A stretch of 64,000 nucleotides of DNA from Octopus sinensis (Eukaryota). Below, in pieces: positions 27,204-36,300 of the stretch; the stretch's first letter is position 1, and each line of letters begins with the position of its first letter. Location of the stretch: positions 139,624,001 through 139,688,000 of the forward strand of contig NC_042997.1 of assembly GCF_006345805.1 (NCBI RefSeq). Reading direction: 5' to 3'. Position numbers and translations under genes: made by a program. The notes below the pieces were generated by a model. It did no database searches. It saw only the letters and a program-made list of their open reading frames with translations, and had not been told where the DNA came from.

Positions 27204-28034
27204 GACGGGCTTCTTTCAGTTTCCGTCTACCAAATCCACTCACAAGGCTTTGGTCAGCCCGAGGCTATAGCAGAAGACACTTGCCCAAGGTGCCACGCAG
27301 TGGGACTGAACCCAGAACCATGTGGTTGGTAAGCAAGCTACTTACCACACAGCCACTCCTACGCCTGTGCAATTTTTTTCATAAGAAGCTTCTGTTATAA
27401 TCCAAACATCAACTTAATAACCCTAATTCATGCAAAAGTTAGTTTACTAAATCCCTCAAAATTCTTCAGTATTTTAAATATTAATTGAAACAGCAATTTA
27501 TTATGTAAGAAATATGGTTACAAAAGGATCAAACCCACCTACACTCTATATGTGTATTATGTATTAATTATCATAACATCTTTTACAGGAGCCTTAGTAC
27601 CATGGATGCCTGCAAAACCACAGAAAGCTCAAGCTGTGTTGTTGTACAACCTTGCGGCAACATTAGCTATTAGTGGGGAATATAGCAAAGCTCTAAAACA
27701 CCTAGGAGAGGTAAACATATATTCTTAGATTTATTTGAATTTTTCTTTCTTTTCTTTTTTTTTCTTTTTGGCAATGCAAGTTAGGAGAGTTTAATCCTCT
27801 GCCTGTTCAAAGCATTTTTATAAGTTTGTCCTAAACGTCCATGCTTCCCATGACTTTCGGAAACATTTTTTCACGCTCAGAGTTGCTGAAGCATGGAATA
27901 AACTGCCTGCATCAGTTGTTGACTGCCATGACACTGCATCCTTTAAGGCCCTCATGCTTTCCGAAATCCGCCGAAACTACACCTGATTATATATACACTT
28001 TAGATGAGTTGTAGTGCACCTGAGCACTGTACAC

Positions 28035-28066
<32 letters not shown>

Positions 28067-30378
28067 CTTTTAGTTACCTCTTGTTTCATACATTCTGAGT
28101 AATATAAAGATTTCTTTTCATAAGTTCCAAGTTACTCTGGTGGTTGAAAAAGAATGGAATGTGTATCATATATGATGCATAGATGCTAAGAAAATATATC
28201 TGTATCATATACGGTGTATGGATGCCAAGAAAATATATGCTGTATATCATATACGATGTATGGATGCCAAGAAAATATATGCTGTATATCATTTATGCTG
28301 CATGGATGCCAAGAAAATATATCCTGTGTATCATGTATGATGCATGGATACCAAGAAAATGTACTCTGTGTATCACATGTGATACACAAAACAAGCAAAA
28401 GGTTAAGCAGCACTTTGAATTACCTTTCAAAGTAATTTCTTTGAAATGGTTTAAATTTTTTTTTCTTTTACATTTAATTATTTCCACATGTTTCCTTCAC
28501 AACAAACTTTACAATTGGAACAGCTATGTATAGCAGTATTTATAATTGTTTCTAATAATTGTAAAACTAGAAAGAATTCAGAATGTCATTCTTAATATTT
28601 ATATGTTTAGTTGCATTCTTGGAAGAAAATCACTGACTCTATTTCCGTTAAATTTTTGTGTTTCTTTCATGTTACAGAGTAGTCAATTAATATGCCAGCC
28701 ATTCCCAGCCCAGATGTATTGCCTAAAGCTCTATCTTGATCTCATTGAAGGTAAATAAACATGTATCTAATATAACAGATTATTAAATAAGGGACCTGGT
28801 ATGTTTTGTTCAAATCTTTCCAAGTAGACCTAAGATCAAAGGTAGTCCAGCTTTGACCATCTTGTCTTTTTGTATATCAGTCACAGTGTCTAATGTATAC
28901 TTCTTTTTTTAAGATTGTAGGATATGATTTGAAGATTTGAGTGCTATTTCTAGTAGGTCAAGCAAATGTGTAAAGGCTCCCTCATCGTCTCTATGTATTT
29001 GGTTTACTCTTAGAGTTAAATTAATGTGCTAAATACCAAAGTAATGTAAAGACCCCCTTCAGTCATGAATGACCATGAGATTGCACCTAGAAAGTTACCC
29101 TCCGAGGCACAAGTCTGGGCAAGAATTTTTGTGAAAGATCAGCAGTCACCTATGCATACCAACCTCCTCTCTCTATACCAACAATGTTGTCCAAGGGAAA
29201 GGAAAGGGTTTATACAGCTTGGCACCAGTGATACCACAATTCATCTCTACAACTGAGTGACATGGAGTAATTCGAAATAAAGTGTCTTGCTCAAGAACAC
29301 AACACACAGCTGAGTTTTGGAATCAAACTCACAACCTCATAATTATAAGCCCAATGCTCTAACCACTGAGCCATGTGTCTTCACCTAAATACTACAATTT
29401 TATTATTACCGAAATGCAGTATTTTATATAATATTGTGTTGTGTAGAACACATACTCACTCAAGAAACCTGCTACATACCTACAGAAGGCTTTTTTAATT
29501 TCATGGAAAATTAAAAAGTGATCTGCAATTAAAAAAGCACAAATACAAATTTATTCCTTTCTCCGAATTATTGATTGTGTATTCATTATTGTTGTATCCA
29601 ACTTAGAAAACAATAGCCTGTACTGAAGTATATTTTAATAATTTTTTATCATTTTGGTCAATTTCTGCATGACCCGGAAAAAAAAACCAGACATAATTTT
29701 TTGTATTCAGAATACGACACGTAAAAGCACCAACCAATTGTGGCTGTTTGCCAGCCTCCTCTGGCCCCTGTGCCGGTGGCACGTAAAAAACACCCACTAC
29801 ACTCACGGAGTGGTTGGCGTTAGGAAGGGCATCCAGCTGTAGAAACACTACCAGATCAAACTGGAGCCTGGTGCAGCCTCCTGGCTTCCCAGACCCCAGT
29901 CAAACCGTCCAACCCATGCTAGCATGGAAAACGGACGTTAAACGATGATGATGATGACGACGACGACTGGCATGCAACCATATGCTGCTATCTGTTGGCA
30001 TGCTACAGAACTAGTCCAGAAACTTTTTGATACCACCTTGTATGTATATATATATATATATAAGATTAATAATTATTTCTTCTTAATTGTGATGAATCTT
30101 CCACTAAGATGGTGTAGCCTTCCAGTGTGCCAGCCCAGTCAAACTGTCCAACCCATGCCAGTATGGACAATGGGTGTTAAATGATGATGATGATGAATTG
30201 TGATGAATAATAAAATAAATTAATTACTAACTTCCTAAATTTATCTATTTCTTTTTTAGGCCGCCGAGCAACTGCCCAATACATCATTAAAGAGTCCTTT
30301 GGTCATGTGACTCCCAATAGAGTGGATATGTCAATGATGAACAAGAAAAGCTTAGCAAGTGACCAATTACTGCCATGA
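7009..30378 (+). CDS. CNOT10: CCR4-NOT transcription complex subunit 10 (16 coding exons, 704 aa)
   Basis: Exons 7009-7269, 9051-9201, 11907-11968, 13463-13630, 13886-13969, 16419-16680, 18628-18824, 21276-21391, 21512-21634, 22130-22201, 22808-22921, 24518-24648, 26009-26068, 27589-27710, 28678-28750, 30260-30378 join in frame (2115 nt) with GT-AG boundaries. Recognised CNOT10 TPR-like motifs: [109 protein letters not shown]. Confidence 0.97.
8573..8872 (+). mobile_element. tRNA-derived SINE (family B)
   Basis: A-box ggttagtgg, B-box gagttcaattccc, body gtccttcagcaag...ttgctccagtccactca. Confidence 0.75.
9051..9201 (+). CDS. CNOT10: CNOT10 coding exon 2 (EHINIDSL...HYVEPL)
   Basis: tttctttcag acceptor, donor GTATGT 9202, phase 0 to 1. 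Confidence 0.95.
9797..10669 (+). mobile_element. Internally deleted mariner transposon
   Basis: TA target duplication (9795-96, 10670-71); TIRs CAAGGTCTGATAAATAAGTATCCGG / CCGGATACTTATTGATTAGACCTTG; ORFs 9867-10289 and 10282-10527 encode the mariner HTH ([12 protein letters not shown]...[11 protein letters not shown]...DEHSGRP) and KLLSADQK linker but no DDD catalytic domain. Confidence 0.9.
10960..11270 (+). mobile_element. RTE 3'-tail element ending in (ATG)n
   Basis: gtggttggcattaggaagggt...gtccaacccatgccagcatg...gttaaatgatgatgg, the same tail as the RTE at 19597. Confidence 0.75.
11310..11570 (+). mobile_element. tRNA-derived SINE (family B)
   Basis: tggcttagtggttaagg head; ttcttgagcaaaacacttcatttcatattgctccagttcactcagctggcaaaaatgagt body. 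Confidence 0.75.
11907..11968 (+). CDS. CNOT10: CNOT10 coding exon 3 ([20 protein letters not shown])
   Basis: ttccag acceptor, donor GTAGTT 11969, phase 1 to 0. Confidence 0.92.
12668..12870. mobile_element. piggyBac-type MITE (203 bp)
   Basis: TTAA-CCCTTTTGATA ... ACAAAAGGG-TTAA. Confidence 0.8.
13463..13630 (+). CDS. CNOT10: CNOT10 coding exon 4 ([13 protein letters not shown]...YRPKISL)
   Basis: ctttcag acceptor, donor GTAAGT 13631, phase 0 to 0. Confidence 0.94.
13886..13969 (+). CDS. CNOT10: CNOT10 coding exon 5 ([28 protein letters not shown])
   Basis: Not in the ORF track; tttcag acceptor, GTAAGT donor 13970, conserved [11 protein letters not shown] motif. Confidence 0.94.
14050..14600 (-). 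mobile_element. Decayed CR1/L2-like LINE RT fragment
   Basis: Degenerate DLSK.. and [21 protein letters not shown] motifs in broken frames. Confidence 0.4.
15562..15790 (-). mobile_element. tRNA-derived SINE with Nin/Deu-like central domain
   Basis: Minus strand: ggcagaaacgttagc...gttctgagttcaaattctgccgaggttgactttgcctttcatcctttcggggtcgataaattaagtaccag. Confidence 0.75.
16419..16680 (+). CDS. CNOT10: CNOT10 coding exon 6 ([16 protein letters not shown]...KSCDDP)
   Basis: ttttcag acceptor, donor GTAAAG 16681, phase 0 to 1. Confidence 0.95.
16710..17105 (+). mobile_element. Full-length family A SINE just downstream of CNOT10 exon 6
   Basis: Head, core, microsatellite and ...ctccagcatggctacag...acaagtaaaag tail. 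Confidence 0.85.
17670..17834 (+). mobile_element. RTE 3'-tail element ending in (ATG)n
   Basis: ggagtggttggcgttaggaagggcatccagctgtagaaac...gcggacgttaaatgatgatg. Confidence 0.85.
18157..18480 (-). mobile_element. RTE 3'-tail element, antisense copy
   Basis: (CAT)n followed by the reverse complement of the same tail, extending into the RTE 3' UTR. Confidence 0.75.
18628..18824 (+). CDS. CNOT10: CNOT10 coding exon 7 ([22 protein letters not shown]...CIMNYRE)
   Basis: tttttcag acceptor, donor GTATAA 18825, phase 1 to 0. Confidence 0.95.
19597..21128 (-). mobile_element. 5'-truncated RTE-clade LINE in CNOT10 intron 7
   Basis: RT motifs [33 protein letters not shown] (YADD at 21037-21026), [19 protein letters not shown]; 3' UTR with four about 66-bp tandem units (19760-20010); (ATG)n tail at 19597-19625; frameshifted. 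Confidence 0.92.
21276..21391 (+). CDS. CNOT10: CNOT10 coding exon 8 ([30 protein letters not shown]...)
   Basis: tttgcag acceptor, donor GTTTGT 21392, phase 0 to 2. Confidence 0.92.
21512..21634 (+). CDS. CNOT10: CNOT10 coding exon 9 ([26 protein letters not shown]...)
   Basis: T-rich acceptor, donor GTAAGG 21635, phase 2 to 2. Confidence 0.94.
22130..22201 (+). CDS. CNOT10: CNOT10 coding exon 10 ([23 protein letters not shown])
   Basis: cttttcag acceptor, donor GTATGT 22202, phase 2 to 2. Confidence 0.93.
22808..22921 (+). CDS. CNOT10: CNOT10 coding exon 11 ([16 protein letters not shown]...LSGAQ)
   Basis: gtttcag acceptor, donor GTAACT 22922, phase 2 to 2. Confidence 0.94.
23962..24135 (+). 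mobile_element. Family A SINE fragment
   Basis: catggctgtctggttaagaag head and gggcaagtg core. Confidence 0.7.
24518..24648 (+). CDS. CNOT10: CNOT10 coding exon 12 ([26 protein letters not shown]...)
   Basis: cttacag acceptor, donor GTATGA 24649, phase 2 to 1. Confidence 0.94.
24940..25447. mobile_element. Family A SINE fragment (-) fused to an RTE 3'-tail element (+)
   Basis: 24940-25125 is the family A tail in reverse; 25130-25447 is the RTE tail ending in (ATG)n. Confidence 0.75.
26009..26068 (+). CDS. CNOT10: CNOT10 coding exon 13 ([19 protein letters not shown], charged linker)
   Basis: tttaatag acceptor, donor GTAAGA 26069, 60 nt, phase 1 to 1; low-complexity, so identified from splice signals and frame only. 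Confidence 0.8.
26290..27365. mobile_element. Cluster of family A SINEs in both orientations (CNOT10 intron 13)
   Basis: + copy 26401-26762; - copies 26290-26370, 26785-26940 and a CpG-rich full-length copy 26941-27365. Confidence 0.85.
27589..27710 (+). CDS. CNOT10: CNOT10 coding exon 14 ([23 protein letters not shown]...HLGE)
   Basis: ttttacag acceptor, donor GTAAAC 27711, phase 1 to 0. Confidence 0.93.
27775..28063 (+). mobile_element. CR1-clade LINE 3' end with (ATT)n tail
   Basis: Translates [30 protein letters not shown]...*, followed by (ATT)n. Confidence 0.85.
28163..28385. repeat. Minisatellite, about 5 units of 37-39 bp
   Basis: Unit approx. tatcatatatgatgcatggatgccaagaaaatatatgctg; explains overlapping spurious ORFs on both strands. 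Confidence 0.85.
28678..28750 (+). CDS. CNOT10: CNOT10 coding exon 15 ([24 protein letters not shown])
   Basis: gttacag acceptor, donor GTAAAT 28751, phase 0 to 1. Confidence 0.92.
29040..29385 (-). mobile_element. tRNA-derived SINE (family B), antisense
   Basis: aagtgtcttgctcaagaacacaac...ctctaaccactgagccatg on the + strand. Confidence 0.75.
29700..29968 (+). mobile_element. RTE 3'-tail element
   Basis: cacgtaaaaaacacccactacactcacggagtggttggcgttagg...ggacgttaaacgatgatgatg. Confidence 0.85.
30260..30378 (+). CDS. CNOT10: CNOT10 last coding exon ([20 protein letters not shown]...DQLLP*)
   Basis: cttttttag acceptor, TGA at 30376-30378; candidate AATAAA at 30990-30995. Confidence 0.88.
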
Positions 30379-32034
30379 GATCTTGCCCCTGTGAGTGATT
30401 GCTGTGAAAACTTTAAAAACCTGTTCAGTCTTCAGAGGACCTCAGCATTCTTCGAATGGCTATTATATGTATAATGGCCATTAGTCTGTACCTTTTTTCT
30501 GTGTTTAAAAGGTCACTTGCCATTCCTGTCTCTTGAAACCCTGTATTGGGGAACATCTGAAAATTGACAGTTTGGGGGCTCTTAGCTGCTGTCTCTGAGA
30601 AATGAACTACATTCATTAGAAAGGAAAAAGAAAAAAACACACTAAACTGTTATTCATTGTTTGTCTCTTTCTTTCAGTCCAGCATCTGTAGCACAATGGA
30701 AGTGAGTAGAATGGAAGCTGAGTAATTAATTTCTTTCATTATGTCATACACTCTTTGCTGTGGCACCACCTACATCTCTCTTCTCTTTTTCAACATTTCC
30801 TATCTGTCTTCTAACAGATTCTACCTCTCTCTCTTTCTTTCTCTCTACAAGCATTTTCAGAATCTTTTCACTGGAAATTCACTCTAATATAAAAAATGGA
30901 AACAGTTTCAATTATTGATGAAACTGAATGTCACATTTTCCCCGCCATTTTTGAATGAATGTTTGTGTGCAGTTATTAGCTTGGACTGGAATAAATTGTT
31001 TCAAAGGAAAAAAAAAACTTACTTTTTGATGAGTTAGTGTAATTTTGATTTTTATACGCTTTCATTTTTAGGTGATTTAGAAGCCCATAATAACTGTTTT
31101 TTCTCGTCTGTTATTGTTTATCATTATATTTTGCCATACCAAAATCCAGAATGAGCTGGACAGTTTAGTAAATTTGAACATTCATACTCTAGTAGATCCT
31201 GTTTTGATAGTTGTTGGATTACTCTTTCTACTTAGTTGTGAAGTGGAAATAGTAACTTGGTAGCTATGGTTAGTAAAATTTAAACTCATGACTATGCTAT
31301 CATCATACCTTTTAATTATCATTTATGGTTGTAAATAGTTTAGGCGGGATTTTCAGAACTCTTTTAGGAAAATTTTAATATCACGACACTGAATTTCATT
31401 TCCAAGTAACACTGAAGTTGTCAAAAACAGAATACAACTGGATTAGCAGCTCATGCATTATAAAATCAAATTTGGCAGCAGTTTGTTTCTGCTTATGTTT
31501 CAACTAATCTAACTGGTGAAAATACTTGCCAGATTGTTAACTATTCTTCAGTTTAACAAGAGAATGTAACTTAGTCTTCATGCACTGGCTGGCATATCAC
31601 TCCATGTTTATATAAAGAATGTTGCTTACATGCTATGCTCTATAACCCTATAAATAGTTTCTATCATACAAATCTTGTTCCAAAATATTATAAATTTGTC
31701 ATAAGGTTTGATGGTGTACTTAGTATAATAATTAATGAGTGGTGAATATTGAAGAGATGAAATTTCCAGCAACCAGAACCCAATTATAATTGTTGATTGA
31801 AATCAATTCACTTCTTTTATGCTGCTTATACTTACAGGGCTTCCTCTTCCTATAATGAAAACAAACCAAAATAATCGCCAAAGGATGGAATAAACAAAAG
31901 AAAAGCAAAAGTATGGATGCGTGATATGTATTAGTTTATTAACTGTACTGTTTAATGACAGTTTTAATTTCAGAAATATTTAATATTGTTAAATGAAAAG
32001 AAACAAATTCAGTCTTAGCAAATTCTGCATGGAA

Positions 32035-32465
32035 TTATTTGTTAGAATTTACAGAATCCTCATTTTGAAAGGTCTCTGTCTTACATAAAGCTGGGTTAGT
32101 TTGTAGATTTGCATCTTCATCTCCAGTAGAGTGATCTGTCACAGTTTCATCAGCCTCTGGATTAACAGATTGTGAATTATCAGACTTTGGTGGTTGGTTT
32201 TCCCCTTCTGTCTCACTGTATGCTGATGATGATTCATCAGCAGCTCCCCACTCACTGCCTGGTGTCATAGGGGTCAAAAGGTCAACATCTGAAGGAGAAG
32301 TAATATCTCCTGCTACATGAGAGGAGAAAGATATACCAAGAAGTCCCTTCTCACTACAAGGAGTTACTTCAGTGGATGCTAAAAATGCTGCCAAACCAGA
32401 TTCATCTTGGTCCAGTGTAATATCACTAAGATCTAGGTTCTTTGCTCCTTCACCATTTGGAAGTC
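32035..32465 (-). CDS. DTNBP1: DTNBP1 last coding exon (LPNGEGAKNLDLSDITLDQDESGLAAFL...SVNSNK*)
   Basis: ttttcag acceptor at 32468-32466, stop at 32035; candidate AATAAA (minus strand) at 31940-31935. Confidence 0.9.
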
Positions 32466-33346
32466 CTGAAAATAAAGCCAGTCTTCATATGAAAAGATTT
32501 ATTTTTGATTAGGTACAAAATAAATGAATGGAGAGGAAGAGGTACAATCAAAACTATTCAAAGAATATTACTGGTGCTTTATTTTTACTGACTCCAGTGA
32601 CATGAAAATTCCAGTTTACTCAAGAGGAACTTAAACTAAAATAGATCCTAAAGATGATAATGTGATATTAAGCTAGTTACACCATGGAGAAAAATATGAT
32701 ACAAGTATGTTTCTTTGAGGTACCTAGTGATTGTGTCTTGGTGCTACTGAAGGTGACAAGGCTGTTATGTCAAAATTGAAATGTAGATGTCTTCATTGTA
32801 TGTTGAAGAATAATGTGCAGAAGATGACAGTAAGTGGTATTATCTGCATAGAAGTAGTTAAAGCAGTGTTTGAACAATAACCAAATCTCATATTACACCA
32901 AAATTGATAGAGCATAAGTTAGAGAGAGAACACATTAGTATGTGGTATAATGAAAGGAAACTCCCAAAAGCTTGGCCATGTTAAGGCATCACCTTGAAGC
33001 GTTTTTAGTCAAACAAATCAACTCCAGAATCTATTTTTCTTTAAAGCCTAGTACTTATTTTATTGGTCTCTTTTGCTGAACTGCTATAATATGGGGACAT
33101 AAACACACCAACACTGGTGTTGTCAAGTAGTGGTTGGGGACAAACAGATAAAAAGACACACACAGATATACTCTTTTACTTGTTTCAGTCATTTGATTGG
33201 AGCACTGCCTTTAGTCGAGCAAATTGACCCCAGGACTTATTCTTTGTAAGCCTAGTACTTATTCTATCGGTCTCTTTTGCCAAACCGCTAAGTTACGGGG
33301 ACGTAAACACACCAGCATCGGTTGTCAAGCGATGTTGGGGGGACAA

Positions 33347-33381
<35 letters not shown>

Positions 33382-36300
33382 CATATACACAACGGGCTTC
33401 TTTCAGTTTCCGTCTACCAAATCCACTCACAAGGCTTTGGTCAGCCTGAGGCTATAGTAGAAGACACTTGCCTGGAACCATGTGGTTGGTAAGCAAGCTA
33501 CTTACCACACAGCCACTCCTGCACCTGATATATATATATAAACAACCAACTTCTTTCATTTCATCTACCAAATCTACTTGCAAAGCTTTGGTCAGCCCAA
33601 GGCTAAAGTAGAAGACACTTGCCCAAGGTACCATGCTGTGAGATTGAACCTAGAACCAGTTCTCATGCCAGGCATTTGAAAGTTTTGCCGAGGCCATTGT
33701 CACCAGTACTACTTTCTAATGTTCAAGGGGAAGGGATTCTGTTCCATGATTTAAGAAATGAAATTTCCTGTGTATTTAGATTTACAGAAATGATAATGGT
33801 GATGACTAAGGAGGAAAAGAGGTGGCTTTAAGATGATGGGAGTAAGAGCAATAGATTAAAGAAGTTGCCCTTTTTTGAAAATGAGACAATTAGTATTCTC
33901 ATAGACTGGAATTGATCTGTACACAGAGAAAAACTGAAGAGTTTGGCAGCATAAAGTGCCTTGTCTGGAACACAAATTGAGGATATTTAAAAGGACACCA
34001 TCAGAAATATTTGGTGATTATATAATGGAGAGTAGGATATTTAGGAGGGATTTTGTTGCATGTACACCATAAAGCTGGAAGCAAAATAGGTTTTATGAGA
34101 CATGCTATTTACAAGGACTATTTTAATTTAGTTGAATAGGATTATGCTAAGTTGGATGAGGCCCTCTTGGCAAAGGATCTATTTATTGTACAAAAAGGTC
34201 TGCTTTGCTTTCCAGGTAGTTGTCTTTCAAGTGTTTTGATGATGAATAAATGGCTCCCAGTAGGTGGTGGTGAATGACTATTGCAAGCAAGTATTGTTCA
34301 CTTGTTGCAGTACTATTTCAAGTGAACAACTTGGGGTGTCTTAGTTTTAACTAAGAGAAGAAGTAATTTTAGTCTGTGTTGCAGGTGAATATTTACAGCC
34401 AGAGTTAGTAGACATACAACCAAAGAGCTAACTTGAAGTGCAGTAGGAATATGTGAGTTGTTTTTATCTTGATTAGGCAGGAGATAGTGACGACTAGGTT
34501 TAGAGGTGAGATAAATGTCTGAAATGCAGGATGAGAATTAGTTAACCAATGTGGTGGAAGGTAGTTTGCAAAGTTATATAGACAGACATCATCATTTTAT
34601 GTCCACTTTCCATGCTGGCATTGGTTAGATGAATCATTTCTTATAGCAAACCACTGCTCTCATAGGCTAAGGCTCATATATTATTTTTACCCAGTTTCTA
34701 GGGTTGGATGCTTTTCTTTATAGAATGTAATGGGTGCATTTTCTTGTGGCATCAGTACTAGAGAGGTTTATAAAATAAGACTAAAGAGAACTCAAAACCT
34801 TGTGCTTTTTCTACTCCTTTGCTATCCATTTTACATTTGTGTAATGGGGATATTTTTCATGGCATCAGTTTTTTCCACTTGCTTATCATCCACTTTACAG
34901 TGTATAGTGTATGTATTTTTTCATGGTATCAGAATTAAGGACATTGTTGAGTCCTTCAGACAGAACTAAGGGACACTCAACCCTATTTCATTTCTGCTCA
35001 CTCACCAATTACTGTAGCTAAAGTCTGTTGGAAAAAGGGAGTCTCTTTTTCCTGTGGTACCAGTATATAAATTGTGTGAGGAGGGTGCCTTGTACACTGA
35101 GTGCAGAGAGTACTCAATGACCTAAGATGTGTGCTTTTGCTCATTTAAAATGACAAAAGAGGGAAACAGTGGAAGACAGAACAGAGTCATTGGAACAGTA
35201 ACAAGAAGGGAATGAAGGCAAAAACAGAAGTGGACAAATGCAAGAGAAGGTGGTAGGTGATAACAGAAGTGGTCCAACAGAGAGAAATATTATGGATGGC
35301 AGCAGTACAGAAGAGTGAAGTGGGCATATGGCATAGTGGTTAAGAGCACGGGCTACTAACCCCAAGATTCCGAGTTCGATTCCAAGCAGTGACCTGCACA
35401 ATAATAATAATAATACTAAAAATAATAACATCCAAAAATACCTTAGGAATGAGAACCCAGGTTTGAAATTTCCCCCAAGACACCTGAAGATGGCTGGAGG
35501 GTATATCAGCCGAAACATGTTGACAACAAACAAGATAAGGACAAATATCCATCGAATGTAAATAATGTACATAATTCCTCATCTCTTAAATATAGAACAG
35601 TGAAGTGGAGTGTATTGAGAGCAAATTTAACCAAATGAAGGTGAGGCAAGTCTATACATGTGTTCATACCATCTTTCTTACTGCAGAAGTCATCTATGTT
35701 AGCTTATATGTTTCAGAGAAATAAGAATGAATAAAGTGGAGGGTGTGAGAGGAAAGAAGACAGAGGATAAACAGAAGAAAAGAATGAGGAGAATATTTGA
35801 AGATTGTATATAGATGAAGTAGGTAACATTCTTTGGTGAAAATGTGAGAAAGTGGTTGTATAAAAGAAACTAAGTTTAGAACATGTAGGCAGAATTTTGA
35901 ATAAAACAGAATTTCAATTAATGTAGTAGGTGGATCATCAACATAAGTTTTAATTGAAGTTAATTATTTTATGAACATTAAATGTCAGACCATTATTCCT
36001 TGAAAGAGTAAACTGAAACGAAGCCAAAACAGAATTTTGTAAGGAGGAAGAAAAGAAAAAGGATATAAGATTAGAATGAAGTTCTATCATTAATATGTAA
36101 TAAGTATAGAGTAGAGAACTGAAGTTGTTGTAGAAGCAAATAGGAAACATACTGTTCATATGGCCGTGTGTACGATAATAATCTAAGTCATTTTGGAATG
36201 CTTCTTCAAATGTTTCTGATCTTTCACGCAATACATCCTGTTTCTGTTTTATCTTTTTCTCAGCTTGTACTGCAAGTTCTACGTTCTTTTGGGCTGAAAA

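Noticed and set aside
28163-28385. CRISPR-like array
   Set aside because: Contiguous tandem units without unique spacers, in a eukaryotic intron; a minisatellite.
31330-31337. Pumilio element TGTAAATA in the CNOT10 3' region (autoregulation idea)
   Set aside because: A single 8-mer is expected by chance in AT-rich DNA, and it lies beyond the first poly(A) signal.
35324-35395. tRNA gene
   Set aside because: Has A/B boxes and an anticodon-like arm but no acceptor-stem 3' half or terminator; it continues into a SINE body bounded by TSDs.
35950-36152. DTNBP1 exon 6 read-through isoform (67 extra codons), analogous to truncated dysbindin isoforms
   Set aside because: Hydrophobic, T-rich peptide typical of intron sequence, with no nearby poly(A) signal seen; needs transcript evidence.
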